Shown one piece after another: positions 52,346 through 63,151 of a stretch of 64,000 nucleotides of DNA. Under the pieces are notes generated by a model. That model did no database searches, was not told the DNA's origin, and saw only the letters and a program-made list of their open reading frames with translations. The position numbers and the translations under genes are program-made. The DNA is from Acidobacteriota bacterium. GTDB lineage: Bacteria; Acidobacteriota; Vicinamibacteria; Vicinamibacterales; UBA2999. The stretch covers positions 155 through 64,154 of the forward strand of contig JANNIB010000346.1 in the NCBI GenBank assembly GCA_031404695.1, read 5' to 3'. Numbering within the stretch: the stretch's first letter is position 1; the number at the start of each line of letters is the position of its first letter.

Positions 52346-53901
52346 CGGCCGGCCGGCTCCGCGCCTTCGCGCTCGGAGCCGTGTTTTTCGCCGCCGGCTG
52401 CGCGGCGAAACCGGCTGCCACGTCCGCCACGCCGCCACGGCCCACGGCCGTTGACACGCCACCCGCGGCCATCGCGCCCGCTCCCGCGGCCACGCCGGCC
52501 ACCCGCATCGAGTCGCTGGCCGGGTTCGTGGACGGCGTGCTCGCCTCGTCCACCTTCGATCACGCGACCGTCGCCTTCGTTGCGCGCTCGCTCGCCACAG
52601 GGGAAACGCTCTACAGCCGCAACGGGCGCAGCTGGCTCGTGCCGGCGTCGACAATGAAGGTGCTCACGGCGGTAGCGGCGGCCGAGCGGCTCGGCTGGGG
52701 CTTTCGCTTCGAGACGCGGCTGCTGGCCACCGGGCCGATCGTGAAGGGCGTGCTCGATGGCGACCTGCTGGTCGTGGGCACAGGCGATCCCACCATCAAC
52801 CGCCGCCATCCGAGCCGCGCCGACGCCTTCGACCAGTGGGCCCGCGCCCTCAAAGCCCGCGGCCTCCGGCGGATCAACGGCCATGTCATCGGCGATGACA
52901 GCCTGGTCGAAGCCCCGGGCTGGGGCATCGGCTGGGCCTGGGACGATCTGGTCGAAGAATACGGCGCGGCCGTCACGGCCCTGCAGTACAACGAGAACGT
53001 CGTCACCGTGACGCTGGGGCCGGGCCTCACCCCCGGCGCCCCGCCGGTGGTCTACGTGTCGCCGTCGAACCACGGCCTGCTCCTCGACGTCCAGGCCGTG
53101 ACCTCGGCCCAGGACACGACACCGGCACTGGTGGTCGCGCGGGAACCGGGGACCCGCTTCCTCGAGGTGCGCGGACGGGCGCCCTGGGGCGGCGAGCCGA
53201 TCAGCACCACGGTCGCCGTCGCCAACCCGACGCTGTTCTTCGCCGGCGAGCTGCGGCAGGCGCTCATCCGCCAGGGCATCGCCGTGGACGGCACCGGCGT
53301 GGACATCGACGAGGAGTCCGATCGCGCCCGCGCCTCAGAGGCCACGACGCTGCTGGTCGATCAGTCAGCGCCGCTCAGCGAAATCGCCTCCGAGATGCTG
53401 GCCTGGAGCATCAACCTCTACGCCGAGTCGCTGGTGGTGGCACTCGACCAGACCCCGCCGGCCAGCACCGCTGACGGCGTTACGGCGCTCAAGGCGACGC
53501 TCGACTCGCTCGGCGTGCCGGCCGACGGCTACCTGACGCGCGATGGCTCCGGCCTGTCGAGAAACGACTACCTCTCCGCCGACACGCTGGTCGCGACGCT
53601 CGACGGCGCGTGGCGGCGGCCGGGCCTGCGCGAGGGCCTGCGCGCCGTGCTGCCCGTGACCGGCGGCCCCGGCATGCTCGAGCGGCGCCTCACCGGCACG
53701 CCGGCAGCCGGGCGCGTGCACGCCAAATCGGGCTCGATGTCGAACGTCCGCTCGCTGGCGGGGTTTGTCGAGACCACGGCCGGCGAGCCGCTCGCCTTCG
53801 CGTTCCTGTCGAACGGCTTCCATGTGCGCGGGACCGAGATCGACGAGCGCGTGGACGCGCTGCTGCTGGCGCTGGTTGCGTTGCCCCTCACGCCCCGATG
53901 A
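52342..53901 (+). CDS. dacB: D-alanyl-D-alanine carboxypeptidase/endopeptidase (PBP4, peptidase S13), lipoprotein-like
   Basis: MTAGRLRAFALGAVFFAAGC; the active-site block PASTMKVLT and SGS/KSG-type motifs (GSGLSRND, HAKSGSM) are present. The start overlaps the upstream stop (ATGA). Confidence 0.85.
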   Translation: MTAGRLRAFALGAVFFAAGCAAKPAATSATPPRPTAVDTPPAAIAPAPAATPATRIESLAGFVDGVLASSTFDHATVAFVARSLATGETLYSRNGRSWLVPASTMKVLTAVAAAERLGWGFRFETRLLATGPIVKGVLDGDLLVVGTGDPTINRRHPSRADAFDQWARALKARGLRRINGHVIGDDSLVEAPGWGIGWAWDDLVEEYGAAVTALQYNENVVTVTLGPGLTPGAPPVVYVSPSNHGLLLDVQAVTSAQDTTPALVVAREPGTRFLEVRGRAPWGGEPISTTVAVANPTLFFAGELRQALIRQGIAVDGTGVDIDEESDRARASEATTLLVDQSAPLSEIASEMLAWSINLYAESLVVALDQTPPASTADGVTALKATLDSLGVPADGYLTRDGSGLSRNDYLSADTLVATLDGAWRRPGLREGLRAVLPVTGGPGMLERRLTGTPAAGRVHAKSGSMSNVRSLAGFVETTAGEPLAFAFLSNGFHVRGTEIDERVDALLLALVALPLTPR

Positions 53902-53906
53902 AAAGA

Positions 53907-53935
53907 GGGCCGCCCGTCCACTTGACGGGCGGCCC
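53907..53935 (-). terminator. Rho-independent-type terminator for the minus-strand BNR gene (also a hairpin for dacB)
   Basis: GGGCCGCCCGT-CCACTTG-ACGGGCGGCCC forms an 11-bp stem. On the minus strand it is followed by TCTTTTC. Confidence 0.75.
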
Positions 53936-53960
53936 CGTGATGCCTCGCGCGCCGGCCTGC

Positions 53961-56861
53961 TCAGTGTACCTTGAGCCGCCAGACTCCCTGCCCGTGCGTG
54001 CCGGCATACAGCACCCCGCGCTCGGGCACGTAGACGAGATCCGATACCGTCACGTTGGGCAGGCCCGCCGCCGTACTGTGCCAGACCTGCGAACTCTTCT
54101 GCTTCTGCACGACGCCGAAGTCGTTGCCGACGTAGAGCGTGCCCTTCGGGCTGACGATCACCGATGTGGCCGGAATGTCGCCGAACCCGTTGATCTTGTG
54201 TCCGTCCAGGTTCGTGAAGGTCACCGCGCCAGTGGCCGGGACGTAGCGCACCTCGAAGACGTGGCCCGGCGTGGCCGGCGTCTTCACGTTGAAGCCGCTG
54301 TAGGTGATCCACGCATGGTTCGCGTCCTCCGGATCCACGAAGATCGAGGTCGGATAGCGCGGCGGGTCGTTGGCGGCGCGGCTGTCGAGGCGCGTGAACG
54401 CGACGCTCGCCGGCACCAGCGCGTCGGCGTTCTTCGACACGAACACGCGTCCGAGGCTGGTCGCGACCCACAGGGTGGATGAGTCGCTCTTCGCGCGTTC
54501 CACCACCGACACGCTGCCGCCGGCGCGATCGCCCCACACGGGCGCGCTCAGGCGGCCGTTCGCGCCGGGATCGCCCAGTGGCTTGAAGTCGTCGCAGATA
54601 TCGGTTGCCGGTTCGTAGATGCCGTTGCCGTCGATGTCACCAGAGCCCGTCCACACGTTGCAGGCTGCCAGCACATCAGCCCTCGGAAACAGGGGATTGA
54701 GGCCGTGGTTGCCAGCGCGGAAGACGTGCTCGCGTCCGTGCCAGAGCTGTCCGGGCACGACCGGATCGGTGATCGCGTTGCCGATGAACGGTACGAGTTC
54801 GTTGCCGTAGAAGACGAACATGGTGTCCGACACCCACGTGACGTCGGTCTGGTTCTGCGGGGTGAAGCTCACTTCCAGCTGGCCCTGCTGCCAGGCGGTC
54901 ATGCGGAACGCCGGGTTCCCGCCGAGGGCGTCGTAGGCGTTGTGGCCGCCGTCGGCGATGTTGGTGTTGAGCCACGTGTCGCCGCCCACCGTCTCCCAGG
55001 ACCCGTTGTCCTGCGTGCCACCGGTGATGATGTCGGGATTCGCCTTGTTGTATTCGATCTGGTAGAAGTGCAGCGTCCGAAGGCCCTTGTTGATGGGTTC
55101 GAGCCGCTCGGGGATGCGCGCGAGCACCAGGCGGCAGAACGCCAGCCGCGCCGCATTGGTGATGCCCTTGACCGCGTCGCAATCGCCGGAATCGTCGACG
55201 AAGTTCCCGTTCGAGCGGATGATGCCGCCGTCGCCCAGGTCGAAGAACTGCTGCCAGTTGCCGGGGTTGGTCACGAGGGCGTGGTGATCGGGATGCGCCT
55301 GCACCGGATACACGTTGTCCGATGCGTCCTCGGTCATGTCCGTGAAGTGCACGCCGGCGTTGGTGGACAGAAGGATGCCCCGGCCGTTCGATCGCCCCGA
55401 GACGTTGTTGTTCTCGTTGTATTCGTAGTCGCCAAGCAGGTAGACCGTGTCGGGGCCCGCGCCGGGAGGCACGTAGACATCGTTGTCGTAGCTGCACTGG
55501 CCGTCACAGTAACCGAAGCTGGAATAGCCAGCGGGGTTCGTCGACACATTGGAGCTGGTCAAGTCGATCCAGCCGGCCAGCGCCGTCGCGGCCGAAGTCA
55601 GGCGCACCGCGTCGTTGCGACGGAAGCGCGCGAAGAGACCGCCGCCCCCCACACCCACGTACATACGCGTTTCGGTGCCGAGCTGCACCACGTCGAACTC
55701 CGCACGCTCGGCCGTGCCCGATCCCAGGAGGGGCATGATCCGCTCCCAGGTGTTGCCGAGATCGCGCGAGCGCCAGATGCCGCGCGACAGGAACGAGACG
55801 TAGACCGTGTTCGGGTCCACGGGATCGAACATCACGCGACGGGCGCCGCGCGGCGCGCACGGGGTCAGATTCAGCGCCACTTGGTCCGGCGTCGACGCCG
55901 TGCACAGCGCCGGCGCGCCCTGGGTGACCAGCTGCCAGTTGCTGCCGCCATCGACCGAGCGATACAAGCCGAAGTGTGGGGCGCCAGGAATCAGCGCATC
56001 GACGCCGCCGCAGCACGTGTTCGAGACACCCAGGACACCGCGGCCCGAGGCCGCGAAGACGACATCGGGATTGCCCGGTTGCACCGCAATCGAGCCCACG
56101 GCCCGACCGGCAAACTGCGCGCTGCCGATGGGACCCTTCCACGACTTGCCGCCGTTGTTGCTCTTGTAGAGACCAACACCCGCCGTGCATCCGCTGCCGC
56201 ACGCGTTCGGTTCGCCCGTGCCGGCCCACAATGTGTCGGCGGACGGGTCGTTCGGGTCGAGGATGATCTCGGCCACGTTGTTGTGTTCGAAGGTGTGGGA
56301 CTGGAACTCCCAGGCCGGCTCGGCGGCCAGCGCATCGCGCGTCATCCACACCCCGCCGTTGGCGTTGGCCAGCCACAGACGGCAGTTGCCGACGACGCAG
56401 TTGGGATCGATGGCGGCCGCAATGGAGCGGCCGCTGAAGTTGTCGGTTCCCGCGTTGTAGACCGTGCGATCTCTGAACGGATTGTCGGCGCCCTTTCCGT
56501 AGACCGGGCCAAGGGGCGTCCACGCGCCGCCGCCAACGGCCGGCCGCGCCTTCAGTCCGAGCCAGGCGCCGCGCGCCCCGGCGAAGGCAGCGTACGGGAT
56601 GTCGGTGCCCGGCGTGGCGTGCTCGAGCCAGTCTTGCGCGCCCGTGCCGCCCGCAGCCTCTTCGAGCAGCGTGGCCGCACCCGGCGAGAACGTGGCCATG
56701 GCCGCGAACTTCGTGGCCAGGCCGACTGGAAGTTTCTTCAGTCGTCCGGTCTCGGGTGCCTGGACGGAAGACTCAATGGGCCCGGGACGAGAAGTGGCGA
56801 GTGGCGAGATCAACGCCGCCACGGCGAGAGTCAGGGCGCCGAGGTACAACCGTTTTCTCAT
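53961..56861 (-). CDS. Large secreted BNR/Asp-box repeat protein (sialidase/xyloglucanase/Vps10-like beta-propellers)
   Basis: Signal peptide MRKRLYLGALTLAVAALISPLA. Asp-box-like motifs are present: YKSNNGGKSWKG, YRSVDGGSNWQL, WRSRDLGNTWERI and LSTNAGVHF. Confidence 0.8.
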   Translation of the reverse strand: MRKRLYLGALTLAVAALISPLATSRPGPIESSVQAPETGRLKKLPVGLATKFAAMATFSPGAATLLEEAAGGTGAQDWLEHATPGTDIPYAAFAGARGAWLGLKARPAVGGGAWTPLGPVYGKGADNPFRDRTVYNAGTDNFSGRSIAAAIDPNCVVGNCRLWLANANGGVWMTRDALAAEPAWEFQSHTFEHNNVAEIILDPNDPSADTLWAGTGEPNACGSGCTAGVGLYKSNNGGKSWKGPIGSAQFAGRAVGSIAVQPGNPDVVFAASGRGVLGVSNTCCGGVDALIPGAPHFGLYRSVDGGSNWQLVTQGAPALCTASTPDQVALNLTPCAPRGARRVMFDPVDPNTVYVSFLSRGIWRSRDLGNTWERIMPLLGSGTAERAEFDVVQLGTETRMYVGVGGGGLFARFRRNDAVRLTSAATALAGWIDLTSSNVSTNPAGYSSFGYCDGQCSYDNDVYVPPGAGPDTVYLLGDYEYNENNNVSGRSNGRGILLSTNAGVHFTDMTEDASDNVYPVQAHPDHHALVTNPGNWQQFFDLGDGGIIRSNGNFVDDSGDCDAVKGITNAARLAFCRLVLARIPERLEPINKGLRTLHFYQIEYNKANPDIITGGTQDNGSWETVGGDTWLNTNIADGGHNAYDALGGNPAFRMTAWQQGQLEVSFTPQNQTDVTWVSDTMFVFYGNELVPFIGNAITDPVVPGQLWHGREHVFRAGNHGLNPLFPRADVLAACNVWTGSGDIDGNGIYEPATDICDDFKPLGDPGANGRLSAPVWGDRAGGSVSVVERAKSDSSTLWVATSLGRVFVSKNADALVPASVAFTRLDSRAANDPPRYPTSIFVDPEDANHAWITYSGFNVKTPATPGHVFEVRYVPATGAVTFTNLDGHKINGFGDIPATSVIVSPKGTLYVGNDFGVVQKQKSSQVWHSTAAGLPNVTVSDLVYVPERGVLYAGTHGQGVWRLKVH

Positions 56862-56994
56862 AGGTACACCCCAATCAAGGTCTTGACCGCGTCGATCCGG
56901 TTGAATCGACTCTCGGGACGGCACGGGCCGCCGCCGGGCGGGTATTCTTGGGCGGCCGAGTGAGTCCAGTCAAGGTCGATCTTCGAAATCGGAA

Positions 56995-58110
56995 TCAGAT
57001 CGTCACGTAGCGCCCGAACAGCAGCGCCATCACGAAGCCCGCGCCGCCGACGACCAGCGCGCCGGCCATGCCGACGACAAACGGCTTGAGGCCCACGCCC
57101 TTGAACACGGCAAACCGCGTGTTGAGACCCACCGCGGCCATCGCCGTGCCGAGCAGCCACTGTGCGCCCACGGTGTCGCCAATGAACGCCGTCATCGCCC
57201 TCCAGCCGTCCGCGTCCCACACGCCGAAGGCGAGCGCGCCGCGGCCGAGCATGGCATCGGCGATCGAGCGCACGACGGCCATCCCGACGAAACCCAACAC
57301 GAACGACGGCACCAGCGTGCGCCAGTTCGTGGCCCGGGTCCTGCCGCCAGCGGCACCCTCGCGCGCGTGCATCCACGTGAGCAGCGGTATCACGACCGCC
57401 AGGAACAGGTTGCGGGTGAGCTTGGTCACCGTGGCCACGCGCAGCACGGCGTCGTCGGCGTAGATCTGACGGTAGGTGAGCGCGGCGCCGACCACCTGCG
57501 AGGTGTCGTGCACCGCGGTGCCGAGGAAGAGGCCGATGGCGGCCGAGCCCGGCAGCAGCGCATGCGCAAGATACGGATAGACCAGCATCCCGAACAGCCC
57601 GAACGCCACCACGTTCGCCACGGCGTACGCCACCTCGCGCTCGTCGGCGTCAATCGCCGGCGCCGTCGAGACGATCGCCGTCACGCCGCAGATGCTGGTA
57701 CCGGCGGCGATGAGGGTCCCGAGCCGCGGCGGCAAGCCCAGCTTGCGGTTGAACCAGGTCACAAACAGCAAGCCGGTCGCGATGGCCACCATCACCACCG
57801 GCACCCCGGCAATGCCGAGACGCGCCATCTCGACCACGCTGAGCTTGATGCCGACCAGCACGATGCCCAGACGCAGCAGCGTCGTCGTGCAGAACTTGAG
57901 GCCGGGTCCGAGCGCCTCCGGAAGCGTCAGCAGATTGCGCAGCAGCAGACCGAGCACGATCGCCACCGGCACGCCGGAGATCGGACTGGCACCCGACAGG
58001 CCCCGCGCCGCCAGCATCTGCCGGCCGACGACGTCGGCGAGCGAGAAGCCCGCGAACATCACGAGCACGGCCGCCGCCAGCCCCGGCAGCACCGGCATCA
58101 CGGAAAGCAC
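56995..58110 (-). CDS. YeiH/UPF0324 family integral membrane protein (putative sulfate exporter family)
   Basis: 371 aa with about 10 TM segments. The blocks GVPVAIVLGLLLRN and ICGVTAIVSTAP are typical of TIGR00698-type proteins. The start is a GTG. Confidence 0.7.
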   Translation of the reverse strand: MLSVMPVLPGLAAAVLVMFAGFSLADVVGRQMLAARGLSGASPISGVPVAIVLGLLLRNLLTLPEALGPGLKFCTTTLLRLGIVLVGIKLSVVEMARLGIAGVPVVMVAIATGLLFVTWFNRKLGLPPRLGTLIAAGTSICGVTAIVSTAPAIDADEREVAYAVANVVAFGLFGMLVYPYLAHALLPGSAAIGLFLGTAVHDTSQVVGAALTYRQIYADDAVLRVATVTKLTRNLFLAVVIPLLTWMHAREGAAGGRTRATNWRTLVPSFVLGFVGMAVVRSIADAMLGRGALAFGVWDADGWRAMTAFIGDTVGAQWLLGTAMAAVGLNTRFAVFKGVGLKPFVVGMAGALVVGGAGFVMALLFGRYVTI

Positions 58111-58231
58111 CCGGCAATTCTATCCCCCACCCGGACCGGGCTCTCGCCAGGGGGGCCAGGTCGTGGCCGGACTGGTATCCTGACGAGTCCGGCGCCCGCG
58201 GGTGGGCGCAGGAGACACGGAGTCACGAGCG

Positions 58232-58999
58232 ATGCGTATCGAAGGAAAGACGTTCATCACCACCGGCGGCGCGTCGGGCCTGGGCCGGGCCGCGGCCGAA
58301 GCGATCGTGGCGGCCGGCGGGCACGCGATCCTCGTGGACGTGAACGCCGAAGTCGGTGCGGCGACCGAAGCGGCGCTGGGTACGCGGGCAAAATTCGTGC
58401 GGGCCGATGTGACGAGCGAGGCCGAGATCCAGGCCGCGGTGCAGATGGCGGTCTCGCACTTCGGTGGCCTGCACGGCGTGGTCAACGCCGCCGGCATCTG
58501 TCCGGCGGCCAAGGTGCTCGGCAGAAACGGCCCGCACGCGCTGGACCTGTTCGAGAAGACCATTCGCGTCAACGTCGGCGGCACCTTCAACGTCATCCGC
58601 CTGGCCGCCGCGGTGATGGCCACCAACACGCCCGAAGCCAGCGGCGAGCGCGGCGTCATCGTGAACACTGCCTCGATTGCGGCCTTCGAGGGCCAGATCG
58701 GTCAGGCCGCCTATGCCGCCTCCAAGGGCGGCGTGGTCGGGCTCACGCTACCGGTCGCGCGCGAGTTCGCGCCGCTCGGCATCCGCTGCGTCACGATTGC
58801 TCCGGGCATCTTCGACACGCCGCTGCTGGCGGCGCTGCCGGAAGCGGCGCGGGTGTCGCTGGGCCAGCAGGTGCCGTTCCCCTCGCGGCTCGGCCGTCCC
58901 GACGAATACGGCGCGCTGGTCCGCCATGTCGTGGAGAACGAGATGCTGAACGGCGAAGTGATCCGCCTCGACGGCGCCCTGCGCATGGCGCCCAAATAG
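58232..58999 (+). CDS. Short-chain dehydrogenase/reductase, 3-hydroxyacyl-CoA dehydrogenase type-2-like
   Basis: [26 protein letters not shown] and the C-terminal [17 protein letters not shown] lies 9 nt upstream of the ATG. Confidence 0.85.
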   Translation: MRIEGKTFITTGGASGLGRAAAEAIVAAGGHAILVDVNAEVGAATEAALGTRAKFVRADVTSEAEIQAAVQMAVSHFGGLHGVVNAAGICPAAKVLGRNGPHALDLFEKTIRVNVGGTFNVIRLAAAVMATNTPEASGERGVIVNTASIAAFEGQIGQAAYAASKGGVVGLTLPVAREFAPLGIRCVTIAPGIFDTPLLAALPEAARVSLGQQVPFPSRLGRPDEYGALVRHVVENEMLNGEVIRLDGALRMAPK

Positions 59000-59002
59000 G
59001 CG

Positions 59003-59032
59003 GGCCTCGGGGCTCGGGGCTTGGGGTTTGGA
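59003..59032. repeat. G-run tract GGGCCTCGGGGCTCGGGGCTTGGGGTTTGG immediately after the SDR stop
   Basis: Four G-runs of 3-4 nt separated by 3-4 nt, with the same GGGGCT phasing as the other intergenic repeats. Confidence 0.85.
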
Positions 59033-59066
59033 ACCCTGCGCTCGAGGGAACTGACGTCGAGCAGCG

Positions 59067-60254
59067 CTACGACGACAGCGCGATGCGGGCGGCTTCGACG
59101 ATCTCGCCGATGTCTCCGGCGAGTCCTCCGCCCTGCGCGAGGTCGGACTTGCCGCCGCCCTTGCCGCCGAAACGCGCGATGAGGGCCTTCAGCACCGCCC
59201 CGGCATCGAGCGCGACTTCAGGGGCGCGCGCAATGACGGCCAGCACCGGCGGCGCGGTGGAGAACACCGCCGCGCAGCCACCGGGGGTCGCCGCGATCGC
59301 CGCCGCGATCGCCTTGAGACCGCCCGCTTCCCAGCCATCGAGCGCCTGGGCCACGACGACGCGGCCGTTGACCGTGACGCTCATGCTGACGAGGTCGGCG
59401 GCCATCTGTCCTGCCAGCTGCTCCTGCAGCCCGCGCACCGTGCGGCCGAGCGTCTTGTTCTCGGCCTGCAGGCGCTCGATGGCCGGCCCGAGCTCGATCG
59501 GCGATACCGACAGCACGCGGTTGGCCGCCTGCAGGGCGTCGCGCCATTCGCGCAGCTGTTGCAGGGCCCGGCCGCCGCAGCGGAACTCGACGCGGGTGCC
59601 GCCCTTGAACCTCTCCCACCCGGTGACGCTGATGAGGCCGATGCCGCCGGTGCGCGCCACGTGCGTGCCGCCGCAGGCCGACAGATCGTAGTCGGTCACG
59701 TCGACGAGGCGGAGCGTGCCGGCGCGTCCCGATTCCTTGCGCAGCGGCAGCGCCGCGGCCTCCTCCGCCGACACGAAACGCACGCGCACGTCGCGGTCCT
59801 GCCAGACCACGCGGTTGGCGTCGTCTTCGGCAGCGGCGATGTCCTGCGGCGAGACCATCCGGCCGAGGTCGATGGTGGCGCTCGTGGCGCCGAGATGGAA
59901 GCTCTCGGTGCGGGCTTTGCAGGTTGTCTCGAACGCCGCCGACAGCACGTGCTGACCGGTGTGCTGCTGCATGTGATCGAAGCGGCGCGCCCAGTCGATC
60001 GCGCCGTGCACGCCCGCGCCGACGTCGAGCGGTCCGTCCACCACGTGCACCAGCCGCCCTTTGTCGTCGTCCACGACGTCCACGACTGCGCGTCCGCCGA
60101 GCCGGCCCAGATCGTGCGGCTGCCCGCCCGACGTCGGATAGAACGCCGTGGCCGACAGCGTGACCGCGAAGCGGTCACCATCCGGGACGCAGGCGGTGAC
60201 GTCGGCGTCGAACTCGGCGAGGTAAGCGTCTGTGTAGTAGAGGCGATCGGTCAT
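59067..60254 (-). CDS. AlaX-L type alanyl-tRNA editing protein (tRNA_SAD plus DHHA1 domains)
   Basis: MTDRLYYTDAYL, HTGQHVL (HxxxH), CGGTHV (CxxxH) and a C-terminal GGKGGGKSDLAQGG. Confidence 0.85.
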   Translation of the reverse strand: MTDRLYYTDAYLAEFDADVTACVPDGDRFAVTLSATAFYPTSGGQPHDLGRLGGRAVVDVVDDDKGRLVHVVDGPLDVGAGVHGAIDWARRFDHMQQHTGQHVLSAAFETTCKARTESFHLGATSATIDLGRMVSPQDIAAAEDDANRVVWQDRDVRVRFVSAEEAAALPLRKESGRAGTLRLVDVTDYDLSACGGTHVARTGGIGLISVTGWERFKGGTRVEFRCGGRALQQLREWRDALQAANRVLSVSPIELGPAIERLQAENKTLGRTVRGLQEQLAGQMAADLVSMSVTVNGRVVVAQALDGWEAGGLKAIAAAIAATPGGCAAVFSTAPPVLAVIARAPEVALDAGAVLKALIARFGGKGGGKSDLAQGGGLAGDIGEIVEAARIALSS

Positions 60255-60259
60255 TGGGG

Positions 60260-60937
60260 TCAGGCGCGGGCAACGAGGGGATCGACGGCGCCAGCGTCGG
60301 CGAAGCCGGCGGCGCGCAACAGACAACTGTCGCAATGGCCGCACGGACGGCCATCGGCGGGCGGGTCGTAGCAACTATGTGTGAGGCCGTAGTCGAGGCC
60401 GAGCGACAAGCCCAGGCGCACGATTTCGGCCTTCGACAGCGCGATGAGCGGGGTGTGCACCCGGAAGGCCGCGCCTTCGACGCCGGCCTTCGTACCCAGA
60501 CCCGCCAGCGTCTCGAAGGCGCGGATGAACTCGGGCCGGCAGTCGGGATAGCCCGAGTAGTCGAGCGCGTTCACGCCGATGACGAGGTCGGTGGCGCCGA
60601 CGACTTCGGCCCAGCCGAGCGCCAGCGACAGGAACACCGTGTTGCGGGCCGGTACGTAGGTGACGGGAATCACGGCCGGATCGATCGGCTGATCCTTGGG
60701 TACGGCGATGTCGTCGGTCAGCGCCGAGCCACCCATCCGCGACAACTCGACATCGATCTCGAGGTGCCGGGCGACACCGAGTGCGGCCGCCACGCGGCGC
60801 GCGGCGTCGAGCTCGGTCACGTGCCGCTGGCCGTAGCGCACGCTGAGCGCGTAGAGGTCGAAGCCGTCGCGTCGGGCCACGGCGGCGGCGGTATAGGAAT
60901 CCAGGCCTCCGCTGAGGAGGACGACGGCGGCGGGCAT
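60260..60937 (-). CDS. queC: 7-cyano-7-deazaguanine synthase
   Basis: [18 protein letters not shown] and [14 protein letters not shown], plus a C-terminal Zn motif [20 protein letters not shown]. Confidence 0.9.
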   Translation of the reverse strand: MPAAVVLLSGGLDSYTAAAVARRDGFDLYALSVRYGQRHVTELDAARRVAAALGVARHLEIDVELSRMGGSALTDDIAVPKDQPIDPAVIPVTYVPARNTVFLSLALGWAEVVGATDLVIGVNALDYSGYPDCRPEFIRAFETLAGLGTKAGVEGAAFRVHTPLIALSKAEIVRLGLSLGLDYGLTHSCYDPPADGRPCGHCDSCLLRAAGFADAGAVDPLVARA

Positions 60938-61041
60938 CGGCCTATCTTCCCACGCCGCTGGAAGCGCTACTGATACCCTGACCCGGCGCAGCGTCCGGCG
61001 CCGCCACGTCCCTCCAGCCCGAATCTGGTACAACCCGGAGT

Positions 61042-61455
61042 GTGCGGCTCCTGACACCCGTGGTCGTCATCCTTCTCGCGTGCGCCTGCGGCGGTACCGC
61101 TCCGGCGCCAGGCTCGACCGACACCACCGCCGGACCACTGGCGATCGTGACCCTCGCGACCCCGGAGCCCGGCGCCGCCTCCGCCCCCGCGCCGCCCGTC
61201 ACCGTGGCGAAACAGACCGCCCAGGTGCAGATCCGGGTCACCGGGTTCGATCGCCCCGCCGACGAGCTCACGGCGGAGCTCGAATCCGTCGCCACCGGCG
61301 AGATCCGCCGCTGGCCGGTGGACGCCGAACCCGGTGGCGCCATGACGGTCACGGTGCCGGCCTACGCCGTGGGCGCCGGCGCGCACGTGCTCAGCATCTG
61401 GGCGGGCGACGCCGACCTGCTGCGGCGCTACGCCTTCCAGGTCGTGGTGCGATGA
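61042..61455 (+). CDS. Small lipoprotein, unknown function
   Basis: (V)[17 protein letters not shown] contains a lipobox LLAC. The mature part of about 115 aa is beta-rich. Confidence 0.6.
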   Translation: MRLLTPVVVILLACACGGTAPAPGSTDTTAGPLAIVTLATPEPGAASAPAPPVTVAKQTAQVQIRVTGFDRPADELTAELESVATGEIRRWPVDAEPGGAMTVTVPAYAVGAGAHVLSIWAGDADLLRRYAFQVVVR

Positions 61456-61522
61456 GGCCGCGCGGCCCCGCCGCGGTCCTTGCGCCCGGCCCCGGGGCCA
61501 GAGGAGACTCTGGAGGGCCGTC

Positions 61523-62452
<930 letters not shown>

Positions 62453-62469
62453 CCGGCTCCGGCCGGGTG

Positions 62470-63111
62470 CTAGACGCCGCGCACGTCAGCGCCCCAGATG
62501 TACTTGTGCACCTGGAGCTGCACGCGCACCGGCAACCGATCCTCGAGCACCCACTCGGCCAGCGACTTCGCATCGAGGCGGCCGTGCACGGGCGAGACGT
62601 GCACCGCCGCGACCTTCGACGTCAGGTGCTCGCGGGCGATGATCGCGCGGGCGTAGTCGTAGTCGGCGCGATCGGCGATGACGAACTTGACTTCGTCGTG
62701 CGGCCGCAGCCGCGCGAAGTTCTCGATGTCGTGCTTCGCCGCTTCGCCGCTGCCCGGGCACTTGACGTCCATCACCACCGTGGCCCACGCCGGCACCGGC
62801 GCGATGCTGCGATGCCCGCCGGTCTCGATGAGCACCTGGTGGCCGGCCGCGTGCAGACGCTCCATCAGCGGATACAGGCTTTTCTGCAGCAGCGGCTCGC
62901 CGCCGGTCATCTCGACCAGCGGACAGCCGAAGCGCGTCACCTCGGCCACCACGTCATCCACTGACATCTTGCGGCCTTCGTGGAACGCGTATGGACTGTC
63001 GCACCACACGCAGCGCAGGTCGCACGCCGTGAGGCGCACGAACACGCACGGCCGCCCCGCGTAGGACGACTCGCCCTGGATGGAATGGAAGATCTCGTTG
63101 ACGGTCAGCAT
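62470..63111 (-). CDS. queE: 7-carboxy-7-deazaguanine synthase (radical SAM)
   Basis: MLTVNEIFHSIQGESSYAGRPCVFVRLTACDLRCVWCDSPY and EMTGGEPLL. Confidence 0.9.
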   Translation of the reverse strand: MLTVNEIFHSIQGESSYAGRPCVFVRLTACDLRCVWCDSPYAFHEGRKMSVDDVVAEVTRFGCPLVEMTGGEPLLQKSLYPLMERLHAAGHQVLIETGGHRSIAPVPAWATVVMDVKCPGSGEAAKHDIENFARLRPHDEVKFVIADRADYDYARAIIAREHLTSKVAAVHVSPVHGRLDAKSLAEWVLEDRLPVRVQLQVHKYIWGADVRGV

Positions 63112-63151
63112 GGCCGCGGCGACGCTTGCCGCAATCGATTATTGTAGTCCG

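Noticed and set aside
60938-61041. Looked for a preQ1 riboswitch upstream of queC, and at 63112..63151 upstream of queE.
   Set aside because: I found no preQ1-I/II/III-like consensus (no conserved hairpin followed by an A-rich tail with CUA). Only a generic CUUCC/GGAAG hairpin is present. The queE leader is only 40 nt long.
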